64,000 bases of DNA. It comes from Haplodiscus bocki (Eukaryota). The number at the start of each line of letters is the position of its first letter. The stretch's first letter is position 1. Below are positions 51,401 to 64,000 of the stretch, in pieces. A program made the position numbers and the translations under genes. A model generated the notes under the pieces. The model made no database searches, was not told the origin of the DNA, and worked only from the letters and a program-made list of their open reading frames with translations. The DNA lies in assembly GCA_965655095.1 (NCBI GenBank), contig OZ296657.1, positions 15,996,001 to 16,060,000 on the forward strand, read 5' to 3'.

Positions 51401-54400
51401 GTTCACCGTTCAACCAATAGTGTTGACTCTTTGTTACACGTGTTTTGTCCTGTGATTTTGCCATGCTGTCTCCTTGTTCTTGCTTGTAGTTAAATGATAT
51501 GTGCAGACACTATTGGCTATACGAAGGGATAACAAACAAAAAAGGATCTAAACTTGGCTCATACATATTTCATTTGCTTTTGAGGCAATTTTAATTGAAT
51601 AGAAAACTGTAAATCAAGTGTTTGAGTAATATCCCATTTGAGTAAAAACGTTTAATGAAACAAAGATCTTTAAGCATAATCTGGCATACTTCTTTTTCGA
51701 CTTCATGAGGGACCACTCCTCAGCCATGTGAGAGATAGATCTGATCCTGCTGACAGTAGAGACGTTGGCGGTGGATTATCCATGTCTAACTTGTGCAATA
51801 CAAATTGCTTTCTCGGCTGAAGCTATATGCAAATCGCTAAAAGCTGTTGTTGAACACCACTATCTTTCGTCAGTGTAAAGGTAGGGTTCTTATCCAATTG
51901 AGGGTTTTCCTACAGGGTTTATTTTTCATCCAATTTGCCAGTACTTCCTGTATATATTCTCTATATCATTCTACACCTCATTTTTTACCTCATACTGCCA
52001 ATATCCATGTCCTGCGCTCCAATTGTTCAGATTTCTTCCCTACCCACCTTCATAACTCCTTGCTGTTTGTGAATTTTTGAAACATGCGCTCGACGATCAT
52101 CCAAAAAGTTCTGTTTTGGGACTGCGACACGTGCCAAATGGCACGAGCTGACACTTGGGTGTTGATTTTAATGTTTTTCACAAAGAATTCTTCCTATCGG
52201 TAACTGAATGCGGTTCAAAACGCAATGTCCACCAGACTCCTTCTTTTAAAACTGACATGCTTTTGCTGTTTAACTTTAAATCAAAGTTGTCTGGAAAGCC
52301 AATGAAATCGGTGTCTCAGTTTCTCCATGAGTCAATGACGCTCTGAATAATTATGCAATATTTTGAAAGTTTTCGGTTTTTCTCGCTCAGTTTCAGTTGT
52401 GGTAGACTCTCAGTGGTGGAGAAAAACGGTAAAAAGAGCGCCAGGCCATTCGCTTTTGCTCTATACGCACCAATTAAAAAAACTTGTTCTTCGTTCCTCG
52501 AAGGCAACATTGAGCAGTTGGAATTTGGTTTTGAAATTTTTGAGGTCATCATTTTTATGAACCTTTTTGCATAATGAAACTTGCAAACTCTCCGTGTTTT
52601 CACATTCTATGCAGGGTGCAAACAACACTTCTCCAATAAATTTTTTCCTTTCTTGATTGGAATATTTTTTTGGGACGTTTGTTAAAACCTGTTCTGCAAC
52701 CTTCAGCAAGGAAGAAACGTTCTTTCTCTCTGTCTGCAATTTTTATCTAGTTGTGCTTCTGTCTGTCAAACGGTAATTATTGAAAATGTGGAGCGTGGAA
52801 CAAGTGCTTACGTTTTCAAACTTCTCCGTACAAAATTTGATCGCCAACTAATCACACGACAACCCCAACTTCTGATTTTTCTACAAGTTTGTTGGATCAC
52901 AAACTTCTGTTTCATAAGTGGTAGTTGCTTCAGAAAATTTTTGGAGCATTGTTGTAGCCACATTTCTAGAGATAGTGCTTTTGGAAGACTTTTAGTATAC
53001 AAAACTCTGGAATCAAAATATACACATCTCTACTTTAAAATTCCATGATAGAAAAATGCAAATCTTGTCTTGTTGTTTCGTTCAAACCAAAGAACTCTAG
53101 TAACTAGTCTGTTGGTGTGTATCCATATTATTGAGTCAACGGGTTTTCGTTTGATAACATTGAGTCAGGAATATTGGGTTCCGGTGGAGATACTGGTAGA
53201 GAATTTCATGTTTATTCGTAATCTTGTCTCAGCTTAAGCAAATTGTCCAGTGGAGAACCAATTCTTAGAAAAAACTTGTGGGAGGTTTTTGTGACGTTTC
53301 TTTGTTTCATTTTCGCTCAGTTGCAACGAGTGGTGAACCTGATCACATCTAAATCAAGTTCAATTTATAATGCGGAGCGTGACATTGGAAGGGCAGTAAG
53401 GACGGTTAATAAAAACTAAACTAAATGGTTCAGCTAAAATTTGCTGATCTTCTTCTCTAAATTTCTATGATTTTTGTTGTTGTTGTTGCAAAAAATCTTC
53501 GAAGCTTCTTTGAAGCATCAAAACTTCTGAAACTAAGATGTTTTTTCTCTCCAAACGGTTCGGTCGACCGATTAAAAAGCAATTATCTGGAATTACCGCG
53601 CATGGCGCTGTTCACGGTAAACTCCATAGCTGTATTCTTCTCGGAGCAAAATGCAAAACTTATTCGATCCTAACGGAAAATGGAGCAACTACAAATTTGG
53701 CCACATCCAAACTGAAATCATCAAGCCTTCCACTCCCAATAAATGAGAACTGTAAGTTTTTACCACAATTATTGGAGCAGGTTCAGTTGTGTTCCTTCAA
53801 TGATATTTGGCTGAAGTACGACCGTAGACAAGTTGGTAAAATTTGACAACAAGAAAAGATGGCTGTCGTTTACCCAAAACAGATACAGGTCTGTTAAAGC
53901 TGTTTACACTTGGTTATGTGTGCATCATCAGATCTGATCAACAACTTTGGACATATCTGCAAAAACTAATCTCAATCTCTTCACGGAAGGGGAAAAAATC
54001 CTATGCGACAAACTGTGAGAAAATTTTTTCGGGGTTAATATGTCGTTTTCCATTCGAAAGTTGAAGAACTTAAAAATAACCGCTGTTTGAATCGAGACTG
54101 ATCAAAAGTGCTTTTTAATCGAAGTTTCAACCTGTGCGCACCAAACATTCCAAGTGTTGGGATTTTGTTTCAACGACCAGTACATTAACACCGGAAAAAG
54201 ACGCGACCAGGTTTTTTGAATGAACGTCCTTTCCATATTTTCAACTAACAAGACCGGAAAGTGAAATCTATAAGTTCTAGATAAAGAGCCGACAAGAATT
54301 GTTTTTTTTTCAGCGTTCATGGGTTCGAATCACAATGCAGCGCTGCAATTGAAACAATAGGATGCTTTTGGTTTTTTTCTTTTTGTCAATAAGTATGCCC

Positions 54401-55750
54401 TTCTCTCACTGAAGATGAAATGTTAGGCGGCATTGAGGAGGCAGAGAGGTCAATGAGGTGAGATCAAGCAAAGGACGGAAAAACAACTTCAGCCGTCTTG
54501 CAATGCAGGAAAGTGAACGGTGGAGGTATGACTGGAAAGACAAACAAGAATCAACAGCAGGAACTCAAAGACGTTCACTTTCATTTTTCCGAATGCTTCA
54601 ACACATCAGTAACTGTGAGTTGTGTGGTTACTTTCAATGCGAAATTGTTATGCCTGAAAACATGAGAGCCAACTATTCTAACTCGCGTCTTTTTTCTAAA
54701 AAGCTCTTCAGTTAGTCAGATAGATATGGAAAACCTAAAAAAAACATAAGCAATGGAACGATGGAAATTGTCTCAACTACGGAAGAGGTTGAAGCCGTGC
54801 TTCACGTTACAAAAGAAAACACTGTCTCTCTTTTCTCTATGATGTCTGAAATTAAGTCTTCTTTGCAGTTCTCGAGAGTTTTTTGCAGTAGACATTGAAC
54901 CCAAGAAACATTGATGAAAATCACCATTCAAATGTCGATGCGGAGAGGGCGAAACTGCAAGCCAGTAGTTTCTCTATCTGTCAAATTTTGGACTGCATGA
55001 GGCATATTGTGCCAGAGTACGTTAACGATGAATAAACACACGCCGCTATTTTTAGGAAGCTAATGAAGGATCTTCCTTACCTGAACAAAGCATTTTCTAC
55101 AATTAAAACCAATTGTGGACAGCTCCAAAAGGGGGAGTCAATTTTTCTCGTGTTTTTCGTTCTTTCATTAACCCACACTGCAAAAACTGGAACCTAATCA
55201 CAAGCATGTATCAACTTTTGAGATGTTAACAAGTTCGAGGATAAGCAAATGAATCTCGATATTCTTTATCCTGATCTCGATGAGGCGGAACTGGAAGGTT
55301 GAATCCGACCTGTGATAAAGGCAGTGTGAGACGAATTCCAAACAATTGACTGCAGAGAAGTTTTTTCGGCGACGCAGATGGATCTTCCCCGAACATGTTT
55401 TTTAAACCACAAAAAACATGTCCTGCTTGATCAGGGTCTTTTCAAACGAAAGATGCAGATTTTTTTTCTGTAGTAAGTCTAAATTTGCAACGATGTTACA
55501 TGGAGCAACCTCATATTCAGTAGTATTGATCTCAAAAAAAGCATTCTGGTGAACATTGATGAGGGAGGAACAACCGGAAAAATGTCGAAAGGACTTTGCT
55601 GAAAAAATTGAAAAGACGTCAAGAAACGGAGACTTCTGAGCAAGCAATAACACTTTTGTTACTTATCAGCAAATAAAAAAAGTTCCTTGCGGTTTGACCC
55701 GAAACAGTTCTCAGAGAGTGATGGATTTTAAGCTTAGCCTCTCAATTCTC
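48450..55750. mobile_element. Degenerate Polinton/adintovirus-like endogenous element, copy 2
   Basis: Same order and orientation of gene relics as 8906-16005, ending in a longer pPolB relic. Confidence 0.72.
53050..55720 (+). pseudogene. Protein-primed family-B DNA polymerase remnant (exonuclease to palm region)
   Basis: SFFEASKTSETKxFFS (cf. KGxFPYEW of pPolB) at ~53500-53560. ESERWR (cf. WECEW) at ~54510. LCGYFQCEIVMPENMRANY at ~54620-54675. The region homologous to KLLxNSSYG...KYLNDE..HAAI lies at ~54950-55050, and PRTC...GLFK at ~55388-55450. It aligns with 15400-16000. Confidence 0.8.
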
Positions 55751-56849
55751 AAATTTTTCAAAAATTTCAAGTTATTATCTTCTCGTTTTTTCACTTTTTT
55801 ACAATCTAAACAAAGATATTATATCAATCTTTAGCGTAACATTAAGTCACATCAATAAGCATGCAAAACAAACGCGGACGATGTTCCGCAGCTTGATTTT
55901 TATCTTCCAGGCAACAGGTGCCCTAAAAAATTGTTCATTTTTTTGCGGAAAAAATCTCAAAGAGGCGAATATACGTCATTGAAAAGTTCCGTGTCTCTAT
56001 ACCTTGCCAGTCTCCAAAACCTTCGCTTTTGAAGTACCGCACGCCTTTTCTGTATCTGAGTACCTTGCCTACAACGCTCGGATTTGGACCCCAAACAAAA
56101 AGTTGTTGGCCGGCAGCAAATGAAGTATGAGTGCACAGAAACATCAACCTCCGGCAGCCAGTCAGTTATGTATATCAGTCATTCAGTCATTCACAATACC
56201 TTCAGGAGCTGTTTACGGTTTAGAGGACCCTCTTCGGATCTCAGAGCGAGCTGGATCAGAATGACATTTCTCAAGAGACAGTTTCTTCAGGGCGCCAACT
56301 ACCATGCATGACAAAAATGCGAGAAAATATCTTTGTTACTGAAGGTGGCATTTTTGTTTCACCTTGGCACTCCAATGTACAGTTCATTCTTGAGACGGAC
56401 TGTTTTTTACTTGAACATAATATTTCTGATGAACTAAATCGTATTGGTGATGAACGTTTGTTTGAACAATCAAAGTAAAATAACCAAACAGTGCCATCGA
56501 GTTTGGACGGAATAATCAATGGAAAGAGTTTTGAAAAGAGCAATTCGAATCAGCGAGATAACAAAGGGCTGATTAGAATATGCGACTCGCTGGAAATTTT
56601 TTGTCCGCGAAATATGTTAGTCCGGCGAAGTTGAAGGAAGTTCTCGCAAACAGTTACCAACACCTACGGAATTCGCATATTCCCAGACGACCAACTCAAA
56701 CATTTTGTTTGTTGACACAATATTGAGAAGAGTAGAGAAGACTTTAAGGTGAACCTACAATTTGACCTATCATTACTGGAACTGCTAAATACGAAGAAGA
56801 ATAGGAGTTTAATTCCTCTGATAAGGACCAATCATAAAATATTACGAAT

Positions 56850-59000
56850 ATAGAGTATTACAAATATATGAATAACAGTAAATACATGTGGATACAAAGT
56901 ATGATTAGCATCAACAGAGGGGACCTTGCAAAGTTTGAAAAGAGGACCTGATGAAAGTAATGGCACATGATGAGCAACCTTATTGAAAAATTGTACTTGC
57001 ACTTTGATCTTTTACTATTACATGTTGCACGTTGTTTACTTTTTTAAATTGGATTCTTTCCGAGAAATCGACTGTACCTAAACTTGTTTATATCAGGCAA
57101 TTGATTTGCTTTGCACCTCCGTAACGCAAAGAATTTCCTCTAACAGTGCAGGAACCATTTGGCAAAGACAAGAGGTTAAGTTGACTTCTTTTTATTTAAA
57201 CATTAGATACTTTGCACTCATACAATGAATTAAGATATTCAGTTGGTAGAACACTATGGACTGAGTTAGGAAAGAAAGGGAGCTCAACAGTATAATAGTC
57301 ATATACACGTGACACATTTAATTCATTAGGAAGTTCTGCAGGTGGATACTAACGAGCTCTAAAGCTAGTTTGTGTTAGTATCTAGTCTGTAAAATAGGAA
57401 CAGGTTTTAATCTGTTTTTTGAAGTAAAGCCATTTACTAAAAGACCATATGCATTACCATCATATAGTACTGGAGAAGCAAGGGCTTTTTAGCATAGCGT
57501 AATAATCGTGATATTACGGAAAAATTTTTTGACAGTTTCTCTAACTACATCAGCAATATGAGAATTAAAGTTTAAATGTTTATCGATTAAAATGCCAAGA
57601 CATTTTACACAAGGAAGTCGTTCAGTGGTGAAGTTTGGTTAGCGAATATTTCCGCCTTGTTTTTGTAAAATGGTTATGGCTTGAGCTTTAGCTATAATTA
57701 AAGCAAGCGGTTTGACAGATAACCAATTTGGAACATTTTTAAAAACCTTTTTAGACAAAAGCAACTCATCCTGATTTTTACGACAGAATAAGGTTCGTGT
57801 CTTCAGCTGTTAAAATTGATTTGAGAAAATAACAATCAATTGGTAGATCATTGATTTATAATAAAAGCAGAGGAGGTTCATGAATTGAGCCTTGCGGTAC
57901 TCTTCTAGCAGGTACAAGAAATACGAAAGTAGACCTTTTTCCCGAACGCATTACCGTCGTTTTTTTAAGGTTGAATCAAAGCACTTCAAACAAAAGCCTC
58001 TGAGATCATAACTCAGCAGTATGGCTAATAAAATTTCATGGTGAGAGGAATCAAATGCTTCAGGCAAATCAAGCAAAACAAACGTTAATGTATCATTACT
58101 CCGTCGTAGCCTAATTCGTTCTGTAACTTCAGCAGGGGCGTCGCTAGCACTTCGTTCACTACGAGAAGGAACTGCTTCAAGTAAAACATATTGCGCTTAT
58201 CCAAAAATGAATATAATCGCTCATACTTGATTTTCTTGAACTTTTGGCTAGCAGCTGGTAGTATCGAAATCGAGCTACAGTTGTTGATTTTCGTTATCAC
58301 CCGACATGTGTAAAGGTTATTTCTTTGCATCTTTTCGACTCTTCGGGAACCAACAACGTGACAAAGTTAGATTGGGAAATTCAATTCAAAAAAGCAATCA
58401 GCGGAAACAAAGTTTTAGGCACTTCAGCTGAGACACCAACAATTCCAAAGACTTTATTGTTTTTCAAACTACCTAACATAATAAAAACCTCTGTCAAATT
58501 AGTTGAGAACGCAAACATTCTGTCATCAGGAGTATCAGTGTTTTTAAGAAATTCTTTAACCTCCTGTGTGGTTGGACCTTCAACAGTAGTTGCAAAAATA
58601 ACAATTTCTTTGTTGAACATATCCGCAGAAACTCTTGGGGTTACCATGGTGCCTCTATTTTCATTGTATTCTTTCAGATTTGTTTTCACATTCCTCTTAC
58701 CTGTCATTTCATTATGCGTCTTTTTGCTCTTCTTGGTTTATTCTTACAATTTGAAAAGGCATATCAAAATTGATTGCATTTGGCTTTTTAAACAGTAAAT
58801 CGTGTTTTCTTGACTGAATTTTAGGAGACATGTTTTTTTTCAAAGCAATTAGTTTTTCTCTAGAAGCACTTTAATTGCTTTCTTCTCCTACTTACAGAAT
58901 TTCCTAATTTTATTTGAAATCAAGGTGGTTTACAATTTTTTCTTCTTGCAACGTTTGACAGAACAGAAGTGGTTGTTTAAAAACGAACTGTTAATAAACC
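56850..59000 (-). mobile_element. Degenerate CR1/L2-type LINE ORF2, copy 2
   Basis: GTACCGCAAGGCTCA = VPQGS at ~57886-57900. LLDLPEAFDSSHH (cf. LDLxKAFDxxxH) at ~58040-58075. SISILPAASQKFKKI and GVSAEVPK segments. The 3' region is shared with copy 1 (GATCTTTTACTATTA(A/C)ATGTTGCACGTTGTT at ~23346 and ~57006). Confidence 0.85.
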
Positions 59001-60527
59001 TAAGGAAATCAGAAATCAATTTGGTCCCTAAACTGAGAAGTTGTAACAGGTCATGAAGTTTTGACAATCATAAAAATTTGAATCTCAGATAAGAACTTAG
59101 ATGAAAAAGTCAGTTCGTGGTTGAATGTAAGGAGTAGCTGGACTGACCAGTTCGGTAGCATTGAAAACTGCCTAGAGCATTGACCATCAACCACTATCCT
59201 TCTACTTGGGGAGGCTGTTTGTAGAGTTTGTCTGGACCCGTACCCGGACAAGAGTGATTTTTACTTTATCAGACGTGCGGTTAGCTTGCCCTCAAACGTG
59301 GTGCAGTTGTAACAAGGGAACAGCAGTTAAGGAAGAAGATGGGCTATTTGGTAGAATGCTGCAAAAATAGGTCAATATTGCCTCTAACTGCTGGTCACAT
59401 CCTAAACAAAAATTTGGAACCGTCTTCCTCTGTTTTGAGCAACTGTCTGAAAGTAGCAAATGTGGTCAGTGGCACTGACGCGCAGAACTGTAGTAGGAAG
59501 AGCGGTGTCTTCATTTTCCAGAACCCTAAATAGGAAACACGGTGGTGAACAACTAGTTCATACCAAGGTTTTGAATATTCTAACACGTTGTGGGTTCTCA
59601 TATGGTCTTAATTTGAAACTTTTGTCCTATTTGAGCCAGTTTGTTAGAAAATATTGAAAAAATTCCAAGCTTGTTTTCGCACTGATGAGATCAAAAATGT
59701 TCGTGAGTAGACTACTTCATTTCAATCTTCTTTATATAGAACCTGTAACTCGTTGTTTCATTTGTTTATGGATGTACATATAGATCCACGATCTTACCCG
59801 CCCAGAAATTACAGAAAAAGTTGCAAAGAATCATCCCTTTCAAAAAACTGGAGAAATTGAGATTGAACTTTTCTCAAGAAAAAAATTTGAGTGGTTTTGA
59901 TATAATTGTGTGAAGTGACGAATTCCGTTTTTATCCTGAAACGGAGCTTTACGGACACACTATTTAAGCAATATATGTAAGTGATACACGACAATGCGAA
60001 GTAACGGAAAGTGTTACCTCTAAACTCTTCAGAAAACCAACGGTAATTAAAATTGAATTGGAGTTTTTAAATTGGGCAATGATCGGCTCTGATAAATTAG
60101 CTTATTAACAATGGAAGTCTGTAATATAAAAAGTAAGAAGCAAACTGGAGTCATGATTTTTCTAGATGATCAGAGAGACATACTGGTTGGCAAAAATCTT
60201 GACATACTGTTTAACCAAGTAAGAGGTTTCATGTCGTCACCTCTCTGCCTTCTGTTTTTATGTACGTGCCCTGTTGTGGTTTTCAAACCTAAAAGAAGAA
60301 TGCCTAGATGAGGGACCCTGTCTGATGCTCGGCATTACTGTTTCTGATTTAAATTTATAAATTATGCCATAATAAATTCAAATCTTACTTACGTTTTGCC
60401 CGTTACATTATTCTCAAAGTTATTTATTACGAATAAAAAAAAGTGATCAATAATGATTTCAAATAAAACTTATTTTTATTCGAGATGATAGCTTGAACAC
60501 CCTTTCACCTTGACTTTTCCAGTGCAA

Positions 60528-61035
60528 ATGGCTAAAGCACCTCCAATAACGAAGGAAGAGAAGAAACTTTTCGATTTGGCGAGCAAAGGATTGTGTCAAG
60601 AGTTTGTTGATTCTCTGAATAGATTTCTTACTCGACCGAGAAGGTGAGAACTTTTCAGCGTATGGCATTTGCCCTTCAAGAAACGACAGAGATAACGTTT
60701 ATACATTAGAATGTCTCCACTTCAGAGCTTCCATATCCAACATCAATGTTCAAAACGAGAGTGAACGAGGAAGAACACTTCTTCATTTTGCCGCTAAAAA
60801 TGGTGATAGGTTGTGGCTTCCACCATTAACATTCATGACTTCATTTTTACCTCTCGAATTTTTTGTTTTTACTTTCTTTCTTAGGTTGATGGTCCAACAT
60901 TTGCTAAACAACGGAGCCAGTGGTGAGATCTGTGATAAAGACAATTTTCTGCCTTTGCATGTGGCAGTATGGGGCGGGCATCGGGATGTTGCAAGAATTC
61001 TTCTAGAAAAGTTTCCCGAAGTTATTAATGCACGA
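60528..61035 (+). CDS. Ankyrin-repeat protein, first three coding exons (60528-60643, 60726-60809, 60885-61035); continues downstream
   Basis: Spliced translation MAKAPPITKEEKKLFDLASKG...INVQNESERGRTLLHFAAKNGDRLMVQHLLNNGASGEICDKDNFLPLHVAVWGGHRDVARILLEKFPEVINAR contains two canonical ankyrin repeats. The 82- and 75-nt GT-AG introns are in matching phase 2, and a donor GTATGT follows at 61036. Confidence 0.9.
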
Positions 61036-62514
61036 GTATGTATCGAAATTATTCCCGCGTTGGGAAATTATTCCCAACTATCCAAGCGCTCGTGCTGGCT
61101 CATAAATCTTCATAATTCCCTTCTGTTCTCAGATCCATTTGGAGAAAAGCGAACCTCGATTTCTCCCAAATTTATTTTTGAGTCATTTGCATTTAGTAAA
61201 AGATTTCATTTTTTAAAGTAAATGTATAAATTTCATCGATTTTTGAAACGAAAGTGTCAGTTAAGGAGCAAGTTACGAAATTGATTTGCGCGATGAATTC
61301 ACTTCGAATTGCGCTGAAAATCACAGTGCCAAAAGTTCAAAATATTAAAAGGTCAAAACCTTCATTTTTGTATGTTAATTTGTTTCGTTTCGGCGCTCTG
61401 CAAAGTCGATTATTTATCAGCGAGCGAACCTGAAAGACTAAAAGACGTCTAGACAAGTTTAATCAAATACATTTTCTGATACTAGTAGGGTAGAATGACA
61501 TTCAAACTGCTATTTTCATCAATTCTGTTTAGACTGCAGATGGATCCGGTATATTGCATTACTGTTTGAGTGGAAAAAACTTTGAAGAGGAGGACGTCCT
61601 GTTTTTCATCAATGTGAGTAATCTCAAACTGTGATCTCGGAGGATTCCTTTCCATTAGAGGTGTAGATTTTAAGATGATAATCAAATGCTAAAAGCCTAC
61701 GTACTTTGGACCTATTGCACCCAATGAGGGGTATAAAGACTGAAGTGCAAGCATTGAACACAAAAAATGCAGCAGGAAAATGTGAATCAAGACAATTGAC
61801 GGATAGGATTGAATACTTATCAGATCGACTCCTGATTATCTCGCTGTGCTAGAGATCGATTAACCAACAACTTTTTACAATACACTAAAACATTCGAGCA
61901 GTGCGAGCTGGATATAATGGAACAGACGCTTAGAATATACATTTCGCGTGAAGAATATTCCATCCAAGATCTGAGCGGCGTTTGGTGGACTAACAGTGAG
62001 CATTTTTGAAGTGAAAAAATGAATTAGGAATCTACGAATAAGGATATAAAACACGGATCAGACAAAAATATGTTTTAAAATTCATCGTCTGAAAGAAGAC
62101 GTAAATTAAATAGACATCACCACACTGAAAAAAAATATTAAACTAAGGGGGACCGTGCATATCGGTATGTCAAGCAACTTATATATGATGACTAGCATAG
62201 ACCTGAGGTAGGCTCAAAAAGTATATGATCTATGAGAAGAGGGCATATTTCTGGGAAATGTGAAAAAGAATCTACAATGTCATAGAGAAGAGTTCCAAGG
62301 TGGGGGTCGTTGATATGCAGCATGCTGTAGCTCTCCTGTACAGTGTCATTGCACAACCCCCTTGTTTATATAAAATAAGTTTAGGGAAATAGTTTAGTGC
62401 ATCGTATGAGAATTTTGAAGCCTTCAAATTTCATGAATTTGCGCTTGGAATTACGGCATTCCCTCTTCTATGACAGCTTTAATCAAGATTTCTACTGGTT
62501 CGCTCTTCTTCTTT

Positions 62515-64000
62515 GATATACAGCCTCTCAAATGAGTTAGCGAGCTACAGAGGAAAACAAAGCTGTTAGTTTGGATTTAATTCATGGCGTCGGCTTGTGA
62601 TTCTTTTTTCCCTACCTTCGCAAGGCGTTGCATTACTTTTGCTGCACCTGATACAGCAGCACCTGTGCATAAGAAGAATAATCGAACGAAGTTGCTTTGT
62701 TTGACATCCAAAGTGCGTTGTCTTTATTTCAGTCAGTTAAGTTTTCGTGATTTTTGTAAGGATATAAGTGTTTTTGCGAACGAATTAAAGATTATCACAT
62801 CAAAGAAGCATCGTGTGAAACGGTAGCCCCTTAGACGATGTGAGCAAGTTGTATGTAGCTTTCTAGGCTCAATTCGATATGGTAGGTATAATCTTCAAAT
62901 TTCTGACTTGCCCAGGCTGAAGCCTTGTTTGATCAGCGAAGAGTCGGTCAGCCAGTTTGATGGATGCGTTTTTTCTGAAGTGAATTTGACAATTTCCCGT
63001 TTCTTTTCGACCAAACTTTCCACGAGTTTGTCTTTTCCAACTTTACGTTTTTGGGCTTTTCCGCCTAATTGCGACTGAAGTTTCTGCTTGCTTTTGTATG
63101 GCTTCCGATATTAGGTGTTTTGCGATGTTTTTAGAAAAAAAGTGATGGTCGGAATGATCTGTTGGTTTCCGGATGCTTAGCCCGCACACGTTAAGTGGTA
63201 ATGAAAACAAATCCCGATTCTCGTCCGACAATGTTCTGTCAATGAACGCTGTAGTGATTTTTTTCAGGTGATTAGGCCGAACGGTTGGGCCAACTTTAGT
63301 TTTGTTCGGTACGTGACAGACAGCTTTTCCTTGACACTCCTGGTCAGTCAAGAGTCTAAGTTTTGTGGCGATGTTTTTGATACTTCACACAATTTCGTAC
63401 AGACTCTGTTGTATTTGTTTGTCTATTCTGTTTATTGTGTACAGGCGTTTTCGCTTTCAGTTACAGATCCTCGGCCGATTGATCCCTCTTTGAAGTTGGT
63501 GGCTGTCCCATGGAGCTTGTTCTGGCATTCGAGAGCGAAGCTTCTTGCCAATAAAGTGGCATTTTGAGGGTTTTTTTTAAAACGGACGTGTTTTTTATGT
63601 TTGTTGAGGTCAAGGACGTGGCGTAAGTTCTGTATCTTCCCAGCCACTGATCCATCATAAGCGTATTGTCTGCTCGATCTGGTCGTTGTCGTTTCTTTCA
63701 AGTAGTAGAAGTCCGTTGCATTTCCTTGCTCTAGCAAGGGGTCACCTTGCGTTGTGTTTTCCGTTGACAGCAGTTTATTATCGACGAACAAAGTACATGG
63801 TTATTAGCAGGAGTTACATATTGCGTGATAAAATGAGAGTAGTGAATTTTGCAGAGCTTCATCGCCAGTTTGCGCTTTAGCGAGTGTCAATAGAAATGAT
63901 TCAGTGTCGTTCTCTCCAAAATGTCCGCGGAGTGAATGGATGGCGAAATCAATTCCTTACTTTTGTCTTCTGCATAGTTGCTAATTCGATCCCAGTTCGA
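62515..64000 (-). mobile_element. Degenerate CRE-clade (restriction-like endonuclease) non-LTR retrotransposon, antisense in the ankyrin-gene intron
   Basis: LSTENTTQGDPL (cf. SxEGTTQGDPL), YAYDGSVAG (cf. WYADDxSAAG), LFSLPLNVCGLSI (cf. LFSLPxRxGGLGI), SNWLT...GFSLGKSE and C-terminal QRTLDVKQ...CTG...VMQRLA segments in the expected order. Confidence 0.8.

Noticed and set aside
58325-58798. 157-aa plus-strand ORF as a membrane protein
   Set aside because: Antisense shadow of the minus-strand LINE ORF2 relic.
61036-61221. 3' part of ORF 60811-61221
   Set aside because: Ankyrin similarity ends at the GTATGT donor at 61036. The remainder is intron.

Overview
AT-rich eukaryotic (probably animal) genomic DNA with short GT-AG introns and no prokaryotic operon structure. 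1-~8905 is the edge of a satellite array of ~155-bp monomers organised into nested higher-order repeats (a 917-920-bp 6-mer amplified five times inside a ~1.8-kb 12/13-mer). The rest is mostly decayed mobile DNA. It holds two collinear, heavily degenerate copies (~8.9-16.0 kb and ~48.5-55.7 kb) and a third partial copy of a Polinton/adintovirus-like element with a protein-primed family-B DNA polymerase. It also holds two CR1/L2-type LINE relics, two CRE-type non-LTR relics, Gypsy and Copia fragments, and small non-autonomous repeats. Two apparently intact spliced host genes are supported by phase-compatible splice sites: a 4-exon low-complexity protein (21881-18897, minus) and the 5' exons of an ankyrin-repeat protein (60528-61035, plus). 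Most ORFs in the supplied track are spurious or pseudogene fragments. Boundaries of degenerate elements are approximate, and family assignments come from motif recognition by eye, not from database searches.
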